Assembly (NCBI GenBank): GCA_013265495.1
Contig: MU058252.1
Coordinates: 1,584,244 to 1,648,243, forward strand
Source of the DNA: Vicugna vicugna
Lineage: Eukaryota
Reading direction: 5' to 3'
Length of the DNA stretch: 64,000 bases
Positions within the stretch are counted from its first letter, which is position 1. Every line of letters begins with the position of its first letter. The position numbers were made by a program, and so were the translations under genes. Below the pieces are notes generated by a model. The model saw only the letters and a program-made list of their open reading frames with translations, made no database searches and had not been told where the DNA came from. Below, one piece after another: positions 1 to 12,600 of this stretch.

Positions 1-499
1 AGTGGGTTTTGTAAAAAGACTAAAAATATACTTTAAATCTATGTGACACAGAGTTTTATTAAAGTGACTTGAGAGGGTCTGAGCATTTTTCAGTTTACTT
101 TCTTCTTTTGTGTTATATTTTTAATTTTGTCTCCTTCTACATTGTGTTTTAAAATTTGGAACTGATTGATATGTGCTCCACGGGCACTTCACTTCGCTAT
201 CCTGAGGGATTTTTTTCAAATGAAACTGAGAAATTTAGTAATGCAGCTTTTGTCAGTATTAAAAGCAGAACCAGCTAAGTCCCTTTGTGCCATGCTGAAA
301 ATAATACCGGAACATAAGAAATGTTTCTGTATTACTTTATGTGCTCTATGATAGTGTCTTTTCTGTGAACACACTCAACTCCAAATAAGACCCTGATACT
401 GAAGATGTACTTGTACATACACAGGGGCTATATTATCCTTCCTTGATCCTTGAAATGAGTGTGGATTGTGACAGAAGTCTTTGTGCTGTTCTCCCTAAG

Positions 500-624
500 G
501 TATTGCCATCAGAGAGTCGGCAAAGGTGGTCGACCAAGCCCAAAGGAGGGTGCTGAGGGGAGTTGACGACCTGGACTTTTTCATTGGGGATGAAGCCATA
601 GATAAACCCACGTACGCCACGAAG
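500..624 (+). CDS. ACTR3B: ACTR3B exon 3
   Basis: ctaag|GTATTGCC...ACGAAG|gtaagc; encodes (C)[41 protein letters not shown]. Confidence 0.96.
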
Positions 625-3600
625 GTAAGCTCCCCACCGGGATTTGCTTCTGTAAGTGTATCACCAAGGACAGAGCAGTAGGATGAATAATGCAAAATGG
701 TAGATTTCGTAGCAATTGCACTTGTGAGCTGTGTATTTTATTCTTATGTTGGAAAAGAGGATTTGTTGTTGTTTTTGAATGGGGTATTTTTCAAAATTGA
801 AATATAGTTGGTTTACAGTGTTGTGTTAGTTGAACAAGGTATTTTCTATGTGGGAAATCAAGTGAATTTACAAAGCCCCGGAATGCAGGATTGACTCCGG
901 GAACGCTGGGCTTCGAGCAAGAGCAAGACCGGCTCCTGTGGAAGACTGCAGGCTGACTCACTAACCTGTCAGATGTAGAAGAGCTGCAGAGTGATTAATT
1001 AAAAAGGAGCACTGAAGTTACTTCACTAGACGTTTGTTCTGAAAACCCCCAAACTCCAGATGGAATGGTACCGTGGATTAGCTGTGCTTTCCACCTGTTA
1101 CCATTGTTAAGATGACACTTTGTACTTAGAGACGTGGAATAGAATATAAACAATAATATAACTTAATCTTTCTGGTGAAGTGCCTGTTGTTTCTTTAATA
1201 AATTAACATTCACTCCATGCAAAGGACCTGTTTTCTCTGATAACTCGGTCTCTTCCTGGCCAGTGCTTTTGAACTGCTGCTCTTACTGATGTGAACTGAA
1301 GCTTGACATAGCTTGGTTTCTCTTGCTTTAGTGGCCGATAAGACATGGAATAATTGAAGACTGGGATCTAATGGAGAGGTTCATGGAACAAGTGATTTTT
1401 AAATATCTCCGAGCTGAACCTGAGGACCACCACTTTTTGATGGTGAGTAACTGGGATGAGAGGGAATAGCCCTGCAAATTCCAGGCTGCTTAAATTTTAA
1501 ACCCAAGATACTCTTCCCTGGGGAGTCTTTAATTCCCGCCAAAGCTCTTTGTGTGAGTTGGAGTGCTTTTCGGGCAAATAACAGAAGGCTCAACCAAAAT
1601 GTCCAAAACCATAAAGGGCTTATTATCTCACGAAACAGGCATGCCAGCGTTGGGCCGCTCAGGGCTGGTTATTTCAGCATCTTGGAGACGGCGGCGAGAA
1701 CCCAGCCTAATGCACGCGTTTGGGCTCTGGTGCTGGTTCCCCTTAGGCCCCAGGGTGGCCGCCCAAGTTCCGGTACCGCCTCTTGGTGTATTTGTGTTTG
1801 GAGTTTAAATTAAGACTCCCTTCCTCAGAAACTTCCAGACAGATTGGCCCTGTCCGCCCGCGCCCAGCGTGGGCCCTAGCCAGGGGAACGGAATTACCTC
1901 AGTACGTTTAGATGGGTCAGGATTCTCTCCGGGAGCTGGTGAGGGGCCCGCGTCTCATCACCTGGCCCCAGGAGGGTAAGTGAGCTGAGTTATGGGCCCT
2001 GATATTGTGGACTAGATGGATCTTGTTCAGATGAAGTAAAATATGACAGAGAAATGAAAAGTGTCTCTTGGTTGTGGCGTCTGTTCTCATTGTTCTGCCC
2101 AACATCACGTGTCCTCCCACGAAATGTTCTTTTTAAGTTAAGTTAAAATTAATTGCATGCGCAAAACACTTGCTTTACGGAGAGCAATTGCATGTAACAT
2201 CAGCTGCACGTTAAAAGCTACATAATTGAGCTCTGGATTTTTTCCATGCTAGTGCATTGTCAAATGGTCTCTGATCCAATTATATAATTCTTTCTAATGT
2301 TAAATATGGAGTGTTCTTTAGAATTATCTGGCTTAAAATATGTTAACTACAAGACTGTTACGGTAGTTAGTGGAATCTATATATTTAGTGTCTGTTAAAT
2401 CAAGTCCTTGAAAGTGCTCTGATCTTTTTTTCTGGCTGTGTCTTCACAACTCGGAATTGCCATGTCCTAGTACTGTGTTTTACGGGCCACTGTGTGTTTT
2501 TTCTCCTGTGTATCTACAGTGGTTTATGTAAAATACACGGAGCCAGGAAGTGAACAGTGTGTCTGAGTGGCTTTGTCTTTATGGCCAAAAGAAGTCACAG
2601 GCTCCCGCCTGCCACACTTGGCGTTTTCCTTCTCTCGCACTTCACGTAACTACCTGTGGGTAGGACTCCAGGCATGGGCGCGGGGCCCAGCTGCCTCCCT
2701 TTGCCGCCCCAGCCCACTTCGCTCAGAGGGACGCCGAGTCGTAGGCCCGTGGGGCAAATGCAACCACCAGGACACAGCCCGCAGGAAGTTTTTCCTGCCA
2801 GCAATGTTTTCTGCTCTAGCTGACATATGCAGCCCAGTATGATGAAACCAATTGCTGGGAGGGATTGGGAGGTGTTTGGTGTGAGCATGGGAAAGTTCAA
2901 GTCCTGTGCCAAAAATGAGTATGTGGAATGAATGTTCAAAAATAATCAAGTTTATTTCATTAAACGTAAGAAAGTATTGTGTTACACGGATTGTGCTTTG
3001 AAGTTAGCAGGTGGGTCTGCTGCGTGAGGTGACAGAGGAAGTTATGAGACGGGTGGGTTCCTCTCAGGCCTTTGCCCTTAGTCATCAGTTAATGGGGTAG
3101 TTAAAGGGGAGTGAAGCAGATACAGGGATTTACGGCCACGTCCAGAAGTTCACTGAAGTTCACTGCAGACATCTACTGAACCACTGCATCAGCTGATGGC
3201 TTCTTGGTGTAAAACAGTCTAAAAGTTTTAAGTTAAAGTTCCCTCCGTAGCCCATGAAATTGTCCCGTCTGACGGCGTGACCCGTCTGCACATCCCTGGT
3301 GGGGATGAGCTCAGAATGGCTCATGTTTTCAAGGAGTTTCAGAGACTCAGCTCATGTTGGCCACGTGGACTGAGCAGATGGCAAACGGGAACCACACTCT
3401 TCTCTCTAAGACCGAGTTGCCCGGAGTTCAGAGCAAAGTCACGTGTTTTGAAGAACTGCAGTGCTCCGGAGGGGAAGCTGAATTGTGGCTGCAGAGGAGG
3501 CTTGCAAGCTTTCTGACTGTGAGTCCGGGGAGGAAGAGCAAGCAGCAGTGCTGCCCAAGGATGCCGGGGACCAGGAGCTCCGCCGTCCGCCCAGAGCAGG

Positions 3601-6600
3601 AGAGGTGGACATCCCAGCTCGGGGACGGAGGAGCCCCTTTCCTGCGTCCTCTGTTGCATTCGGGCCCTCAGCGGCCTGCGTGCTGCCCACCCACGTTGGT
3701 GCGGGCGGGTCTCTTTACTCGGTCTACTGCATGCTAAGCTCTTCCAGAGACGCCCTCTCAGACACCCCAGGAAGAGTGGGTTACCAGCTCGCTGGGCATC
3801 CCTTAGCCCCGTCAAGCCGACACATCAAATTCGCCATGACGTGTGGCCTGTCCTGGCTTACCGCAGCAACTCCCTGGCTCGCGTGGGCGGCTCAGACCGG
3901 CTCCGCCCGGCGCGCTAGCGCTGGCGGGCGCGGAGCTGGGCTTCCTTGGCGCTGCTGGGTCTGTTACTGCTGGCCCGTGTGCTTCCCGTTTTCAGCATAG
4001 TCACTCCGCTCCTACTGGCCCTTCCTCGAGGGTTTATGTTTTAAAATGTTTCTTTACTGCAGTTATGGAGAGGTTTGGGACTGGAGCAGTATTGAGTGCG
4101 TGTGTTCAGTTTGCTGTCTTTATCTAAAAATATGGATTGGTCTTTATGGTGTTGATTAATTATTCATTTTTGAATTAATACTAGATGGTGTTTTACAATT
4201 GTTATGAATAAAAATGCTTATGTAACTTGCATTCATGTAAAGTTTTAATCGTATGCTTCAATATTTAAAAAAATAAGAAAAACTTGATACTTCCAATTTA
4301 GAGCTTGTTAGATATAAATAATGGTTTGGGAAGATTTTATTTAAATTAGTCCTCTAAAGGAACAATTACTGGTGGTAAACATAGAAGAAATGGAGGGTTG
4401 AGGAAAACATAGATTTATGATTATCGTTCTGAGAACCCGTAAGAATATGCCATTAATAATGCTGAATTTGATTCAGGAACCATGAGAACCTAATTTTATT
4501 GTAAACATTCTCTTAAATGGAAGTGTATAGATTTTAATGTAAATTTTTCACAGATGGTGAATTGTTTGGCAGCAAGTACTAAAATGTAAAAATCAGTGGT
4601 TTAAGCAAGTTAAGGGTTTTATTTTTCTTAAAGACATTTGTAGTAGGGAGGGCAGTGCTGGTATGTCAGCTTCCTGGTGCCATTAGGGATCTCTATGCTC
4701 TGGTATCTTTAGCATATGGCTTCCATTCTAAGATTGCCTTAGATCACAGGTTAGCTGCTGCAGCTCCAGTCATCACCTCTGTATTCCAGGAAAGAAGGGG
4801 TTAAGAGCAGAAGGAGGTCTACTACATGAGTCTACCTTCAACCTTTCTAGGAAAGACACATCCATCAACTTTTGCTTCTTATGGGCCAGAACTTACTTAA
4901 CCATCCCTGTCCATCAGGAAGTCTGGGAAATGCTGTTTTCTGGGCCTGTGATTGATCAGTGGTCTGTCATTAAGGCAGAATAGATACTGGGTAGGGAACT
5001 TGCAGTGCCTGCCATAATGATGTGACTACCGGTATGAAGCCAGTGGCAGAACAAGAATTCAGCTGTCTTCACAACTGTGGTTGGATATGGAAAGTGTCGT
5101 CCATGTCATGGAGCCAACAGGCCCGGGAAAAGCCACACCAGGATGTGCCGCGGTTCCTGCCCTAGGCTGCCACCTTGCTTGTTAGCTTCTCTGCCTGTGG
5201 AGAAATAAACCAGGAAGTTGTGCTGGGAGTTTCTGTGGTCCTCGCACACAGGCTGTAACCAGGGGTTCTACAGCTCTTTTTCTTATTAAAGGACTCTAAG
5301 TGTGATTTAGAAAATTTGGAAGATGTCTGTGGGCCTATCCACACTCCTATCCCACTAACGTAAATATTAACATTAAGTATAGCAACATTTAACCTTTTCA
5401 CTCATGCTGTTACATGATTTTGCATCCAATATCGTGTCCTCCAGCCCCTCCCCTCACTTTCTTGCACGGTTTTCATAATCCCCATTTTAATGGCCATACA
5501 ATCATGTATCCAGTGGCTGTTTACTCTCTGTTTTGCAGTCCCACTATTTTTAGATATTTACTTTTGTTTCTAATTCCTTGATTTTGTAAGAAATATCATA
5601 AAGTAATCTTTGCAGTTTTTTCTATATTTAGACCATTTTATATTAAAAATATAATAATTATATTTATCATTTGGGGGTCCAGGTATATTAATAATTTTGA
5701 ATCTCTGGCATACCATTTCACACCAAAATCTTCAATGTATACGAGGATATATTATTTGAAGTCTTGTCAGCATTGATTAACATCATTTTTGATTATTTGA
5801 TTTTTTAATTTGCATTTTTAATAACTTTGACCTTGAACATTTTTTCATGTATTTATTAGTTGTATTTCCTCTTTTGTGAATTGCCTATTCATGTCCTGGG
5901 TTTTGTACATATCAGTGTTTTATTACTTTTATTATTGCTATGATTTCTTTGAACTTTTTTTACTTTAATTTTTCTTTTGTGATAAAATGTACATATTACA
6001 AAATTTATCATTTTAACCATTTCTGAATGTACAGTTTGGTGAGTTGTGTACATTGGCATTGTTGTGCAGCCATCACCACCATCCATCTCAGGAACTTCTT
6101 CATCTTCCAAACTGAAACTCTGTCCCCACTAAAGAATAACTCCCTTTCCCTCTCGTCCAGCCCCAGCCCCCCCACCATCCCCCCTCTGTCTCTGTGACTG
6201 TAACTATCCTGGGTCCTCATGTAAGTGGAATCATCCAGTATTAGTCCTTTTGTGACTGGCTTATTTCACTTGGTATAATGTCTTCAAGGTTCAGCCACAT
6301 TGTAGCATGTGTCAGAATTTCCTTCCTTTTTAAGGGCTGAATAATATTTTGTTGTATGCATGACTACAATCTGTTCATAGTGTGAACTCTTTCATGTAAC
6401 AGAGAAGTTTTTGTCAGAAGCAGATACTTTTTTCTTACTTGATTTTTTGGTAGGTTATGTTTTTGAACATCTGTAATTGTAAATTTTTATGTAAGTAAAC
6501 CTGTTTTTCTTTGATGTTCATATATAGTTTTCACCCATCTGGGATTTATTTGGAGCATCACTTGACACTGAAATTAAGCCCAGGAAGAGTCCAGAGCCAG

Positions 6601-9600
6601 GGCTCATCCACTTCTTGTTGGGAATGTCTTCTGTGGGCTCACTTTTTGCTTCAAACCAGGCAGGCAGGAAACATTCCCTGGCTATGCTGCCACTTTGCAT
6701 ACCTTTCTAGCCTTCCTCTCTTCATCCTTTCCCCCTCCTCTAATCAGTTTAAATGTTATGTTTATAAAATTACCTTATTAAGGTGCTTGGATTCCTCTTC
6801 AAGGTAAGAAAAGACTGTAGGTCTCTGGAGTTAACACATGTAATTTCTTCTGGTCTGAGATACGTTGTTGGTATCATAGTTGATTGTTGATACATCAGCA
6901 CTTGCTATGTGCCCAACCCTCTCCCCGCCAAGTATTTGCATGAATTCGCTCACTATTTAACCCCACAGACAGCTGTGAGGTAGGTAGTTATTAGGCCCAT
7001 TTTGCAGATTGATGGGAGGTAGGTTAAGGAGATACATTGTCACCTAACTCTTGGAATCTGCAGCTACTCTTCATGTGCTTTAAATGAAAGGAATCTAAAA
7101 AAAGCTGAAATGGTAATCGCTAACACAGTGCTTGCCATCTACTGGGCACTTTCAGGTATTAACTAATTGGATTTCAGCCCCTTGAGGTGGGCACATTAAG
7201 ATAGGTAATGTGTTGTTAAGTGGCCTTTAGATCCCTTATTTACAGTGTGCTTTTGATGACTTTATTATTTCTTGCCTGTGTCTTAAGATTGCTTTCTCTC
7301 TCCCATTCAGGCAATGTATTGATTCTAATTACAGTAATTAAAACTTACTTGGGGCACTACGTTTGAGCTTTGCATTAGACAGGAATATAAACTAAAGCCC
7401 CCAGCTAGTCAGTAGCCAGATTTGATTATTTGCTTGAAGAGATAACATACACACAGCACAGAATTCAAAAGGTGCAGAAGGATTTCCAGTGCAAGAGTGT
7501 CTCCTTCCCACCTCTGTGTTGCCTTCCAGATCCCCTTCCCAGAGGAGACCGCCTTTACTGGTACTTAACCAGCAACAGTTGTGAGCAGGCACATGGATTA
7601 TACATAAACTTGTTTCATTAAATGGTAACAAAATAGACATACTGTTGTGCACTTTGGTTTTTTACTTTAAAATTTTTAGAAATTGTAATTTAAAATGTAT
7701 GAAATTTACCCTCTTAACACATTTTTAAATGTATCATTCAGTAATGTTACCTACATTCTTGTTGTGGTGTAACAGACCTCTAGAACTTTTCCATCTTGCA
7801 AAATTGAAACTTTGTGCCTATAAACAGCTCTTCATTTCTCTCCCCCATACACCTTGTTTTTTTTTTTTTTTTAAGAAAATGATACAGAAGAATATTGAAG
7901 AATGTGTAGGTGTGGAAAGGCCTCTTTTCATGTAACAAGTTTGTGGCAGAGATTGTTTCATGCCTGCAGACACACTGCCATCCTTTTTAATTGCTGCAGA
8001 GTGTTGCATTTTGTGGATGTGGCCTAATCTGTGTCATCAGTTCCTGGTGATGGGCAGTTGTGTTGTTTCTGGTCTTGGAAGCTGTGCTGACTGCACGCCT
8101 CTCCGAGGCACCGTTTTAGATGTCCCTTGCCTGGACAACGGGATGTGATTTGTCTCATGGTCTTAGCTCAGAGGCTTTCTCTTCAGTAGGTGAGTTTGCT
8201 CACTGGTTTGCTCTGGTGATTTTAGTAATGACAGCGCGCTGTCGCTGAGTATGTTCCCCGTGCTGGGTGCTGCCCTGAGCACTTTGTTTAGACTCTTATG
8301 AGGTCAGTGCTAATTACGCACAGAGAGAGGAAATCACTTTCCAACTTGGTAAAATCGAAGGCGGGGTGTGGCTGGGCAGAGCGGACTTGGAGCTCTCCTG
8401 TTGCCCGTACCAGCGTGGCCTGGGCTGTGTGGTGGGTGTGTGTGGCCCCAGCTGCTTTACTGGGCGCTGTGCTTTCTGGTTTTAGTGTGATTTATTTACG
8501 TATGAATATTTTAAAACTCAGGCTTAGTTTTCTCTTCGGTTTTTATTGAGTGCATATTCTTTCTGATACTTGGTATTTTTAAAAACATGTTTTAACGTAA
8601 ATATACTTTTGTATAAGATATTTGCCTGTATTTGTTTAGGGATGATTACTTCCTAGTGTGCTTAGTGACCAAGGTGGTACATTTCCATGTTTCTTACCTC
8701 CTCCTCCCTCCTTCTGTCACCTGCTTTGGATTGTTTATGTTAGTGAACTTACTCTGATATTTACGTTTATAACTTAAATATCTAATAGTACTAATGTCTC
8801 TGCTGCTCTACCAATGAAACAGTATCTTTTGATTCCATGACACAAGGGTATCAGTGTCTTTATATTTTCCTGCTTTCCCTCTGTGCCTCTCAACTTGATA
8901 CTGTTTCTTCTGTTTTAATTTATAATGTTTGCATTCTGTTCTATAGCTATAGATTTTCCCAGAAATGAAAAATCTTTATTCCTACGTCTTAAATGGACTA
9001 ATTGCTCACTGTAAGTCTTTGGCTGTACTTTGTGCATTCTTATTGTTTGGCTAAAGCTTATTGTCTGATGGTTAATTCATGAAGGGTCCATAGGAACAAA
9101 TTCTCTCAAGTTGTTGTATATTTAAAGATACTTTGTTTTGCAACACACTTGATTGGCAGTGTGGCCAGATGTAGAATTCTTGGGTCGTATTTTCCTGCCA
9201 GAAGACTCTACGTGTGGCCCCGTTGTCCCAGTGTTCTGCGTGTAGCTGTGCTGATGGCCGAGACACGCTGTCTTTTTCCTGCTTTAAGGGTATGTTACCC
9301 TGCTCCCTGAGCATAACGAAACACCAAGGCTGAGTGGCTTCAACACAGACATTTGTTTTCTCATGGTTCTGGGGGCTTTAGGTCCGAGATCCAGGTGCTG
9401 CCAGGGTCGGCTTCTGGTGAGACTGCTCTTCCTGGCTTGCGGACAGACGGCCTCCTTCTCACCGGGTCCTCGTGTGGCCCTTGCTCTGTATGTGAGTGAG
9501 GGAGCTCCCTGGTGCCTCTGCCTTTTCCTGCAGAGATGTTAGTGCTGTCCTGTGACCTCACTGAACCTGGATTACCCTCCTAGGGTCTTTGTCTACAAAC

Positions 9601-12600
9601 GCAGTCACCTGGGAGTTGGGGCTTCAGCATAAGAATTTTGGGAGACACAACTCAGTATATAACAAAGGGTAATGTGGAATTTTTTTGTAAAAAGGCCCAG
9701 AGAATTTTTATTTATTCTTTTTTCTTTCTTTGTTTTTTTCTCTTCTTTTTTTTTTTACAGCTTAAATATGTGATGTAAATCCATATTTATTGACATGGAA
9801 AAACGTTCACAACATACTGCTGAATGACAAAAAGCAGGTTATTTATTTCTATCTTTCTGTAATCCTGTTAATTTCCTTCCATTTGATAATAGTTACTATT
9901 TTCAATAGATATTTCAAAAAACTCAAATATCTATGTCATGATTTTCATCTGCTTTATTTACATATTCTTCTGGGTGCGTGTTTTTTATCCGCCATTTGTT
10001 CTTCCTGGTTTCCCTCTCCCCTCTCTGTTTCTTTGAGTGTTTTTATGTGGTGTTTGGCTGGTCTCTGTGTTCCTTCCTCGTCTCTGTGTGAGGGGCGCTG
10101 CGCCTGGACTGGCCGCGGGCGCGAGTGCAGGCCGCCGGCGTGGCTCACGGCGGGGGCGTGCCGGCTCCCCTTGCCGCCTGGGGGCGAGGCTCCCGCGGCT
10201 GCGCTGCTCAGGCTGCTCTGGTGCCAAGCAAGGGCTCCCTGCTTTTGCTCTTCTTTGGAGAACTGGGCATCGCCTGGGATCTGAAGCCACTGGTGTTCCC
10301 TTTCCGTGTCCTCAGTCATCTGGTCTCGGTGGGCGCAGCTCGCGGCAGGTCTCCTCAGTTCCAGGGTGTCGGGTGTCCTGTTAGCCGAGGTGGAGCCTCC
10401 TTCTCTGTAACTTGTTCTTGCTTTGAGGGGATTAGTAGGAGCAGAAGTGTTTAGAGAGGCTTTGCTCTCTCAAAGCTTTTAAACCCCACAGCCAAAATGT
10501 CCTTTAATCAGTCACTCTGGGTGTGCTCTGTCTTATTAGGGAGTTGTACAGCATCTTAATGAACATGCTTTTAGATTAACTTTTTTTGTGGTTCTGGTGT
10601 AATTACATGAAATTTGGGTGAACACTGAATGTAGTGAATGTTTTCTTACAGACAGAACCTCCCCTGAATACACCAGAAAATAGAGAATATCTTGCAGAAA
10701 TTATGTTTGAATCATTTAATGTACCAGGACTCTACATTGCAGTTCAGGTAAGGACAAAGTGATTTTTATGATTCTCAAGTGACCTCAGTTGTCGAATGTG
10801 GAAGAAATGGTGCTTCTAGAGGCCTCTGTTACAAGACCGTGTGGTGTGGTTTTCCTTCCCCACGCCCTCAAGGGCTCAAGTGCACCCGAACACGTCCCAT
10901 TCAGGTCTGAGCTCAAACAGTGTACAGAGCAAGGTCTGTGATTTATGTTTCTGCTGCTGGTGTAGTTTGTCCAGCTTCTGTCTGTTTACATGCGTTAAAA
11001 TCTCAGGTGTCCTCGGGGAGACGAGATTGAGACGTGGGTGTGGTTCTTTGGCTGCTTTTACTTCTGATCATAAAGAAGAAAAGATACTATAGAATCCGTT
11101 AAAAAACAAAACAAATGTCTTCTGGGGGCTGCCCCTCACAGATCTGGGCCCCTGTGGTTCTGTGAGCTCTCAGAACTTCCTCTGAAGCTGCCTGTTCTTT
11201 GTGGGGGTTTTTGTTGGTTTTAGATGTAATGTATCTGCCACTCTGCATAAGGGAATTGACTGAAATTTGGGGGAATAAATGAAAAAATTGTTTCCCAAAA
11301 TGTTTTCTTTATATGCTGTTCCCCTTCCTTGTAAGAAAAAAGAGAAGGAAGAGTTGCATAGACAATTAACTTGGAAGATACTACGTGCTGTGGCCTCTGT
11401 GTGGTGATTCATGGTACATAGCAGTATCTTAAAGGCTCTGAGAATGCCTGCATTAGAACTCTGTTTATTCCACCACTTCCAAATTTAACCAGAAATCTTT
11501 GCCCTCCCCTAGGCTGTTTCTGTTCCATGGACTAGGAGACACTTTAGGAAATGCTGGCCCAGTGGTTCTCAAAGTGGTCTGTGCAGCAAGGTCTCCTTGA
11601 AAGTGTGTTTTCAAAGTACACATTCTCAGACTTCATCTCAGATCATGGGTTTCCAGCCTCAGCACTTTGGATCGGGCAGTCCCTTGGGGGAGGGGCAGGT
11701 ACTGAGCTGTATGTTGTGGGATGTCTAGTGGCATCTCTGGTCTTGACCTGCCAGGGGAAGCACCACCACCAGTCTCCCCTCCCCCAAGTGTGATGGCCAG
11801 AAATGGCACCAGATGTTGCCAGATGCTCCTTGGGGGCAAAATTGCCCCTGGTTGAGAACCACTGTCCTGGTCCTTCCAGATGAGAATTTCTGGGTGTCAG
11901 GCCCAGTATTCTGTCTTTTTAAACTCTCCACAAGTAGTCTTATTGCAACCCGTCTGTGGACCCACACCGGGAACCAGTGGGTTAGGAATTAAAACCACCT
12001 GATTCCACAATAAAATTCCTTCCTCACTGGGTTTTCTTTGCAAAGCTTTGATTTGTCTTACTGAGAAGTTGACTCCTCCAGATTAAGTGCACCAAATTTG
12101 CATGTTGTCCATTTTGGAATTTGAATTTGGGGGGAAGATGGAGGGTAGGAAAGGGTCACTCAGACTCAGAAAGAAAGGGCTTATTGCTCGAACCTGAGGA
12201 CAAGCAGGCGGAACACTTGAGAGCCTTTCCTGTGCTGACGGTCTCCGTGGCTTTTGTGCAGGCAGTGCTGGCCTTAGCTGCGTCCTGGACATCGCGACAA
12301 GTTGGCGAACGCACGTTAACAGGAATCGTCATTGACAGCGGCGATGGGGTCACCCACGCTATCCCGGTGGTAAGCGGGGCACCCAGTGCTGCTCTCTGTG
12401 GGCCTAACCTAATCTGAGGTGAAGGAAGCGATGAAAGGAAAAAAACCCTTCTGTTAATTAAAGCACCACTTTTGAAGACATACTCGTACTTAGCAAAGGT
12501 AACAAGAGTGTTTAAACCCAGGTAGGTGAGAAAGTGGAAGATGTCCAGTGTCTGCGGTGCTGGCAGTTGGAAATTCACAGTAGCAGATTTGTGCATTCGG

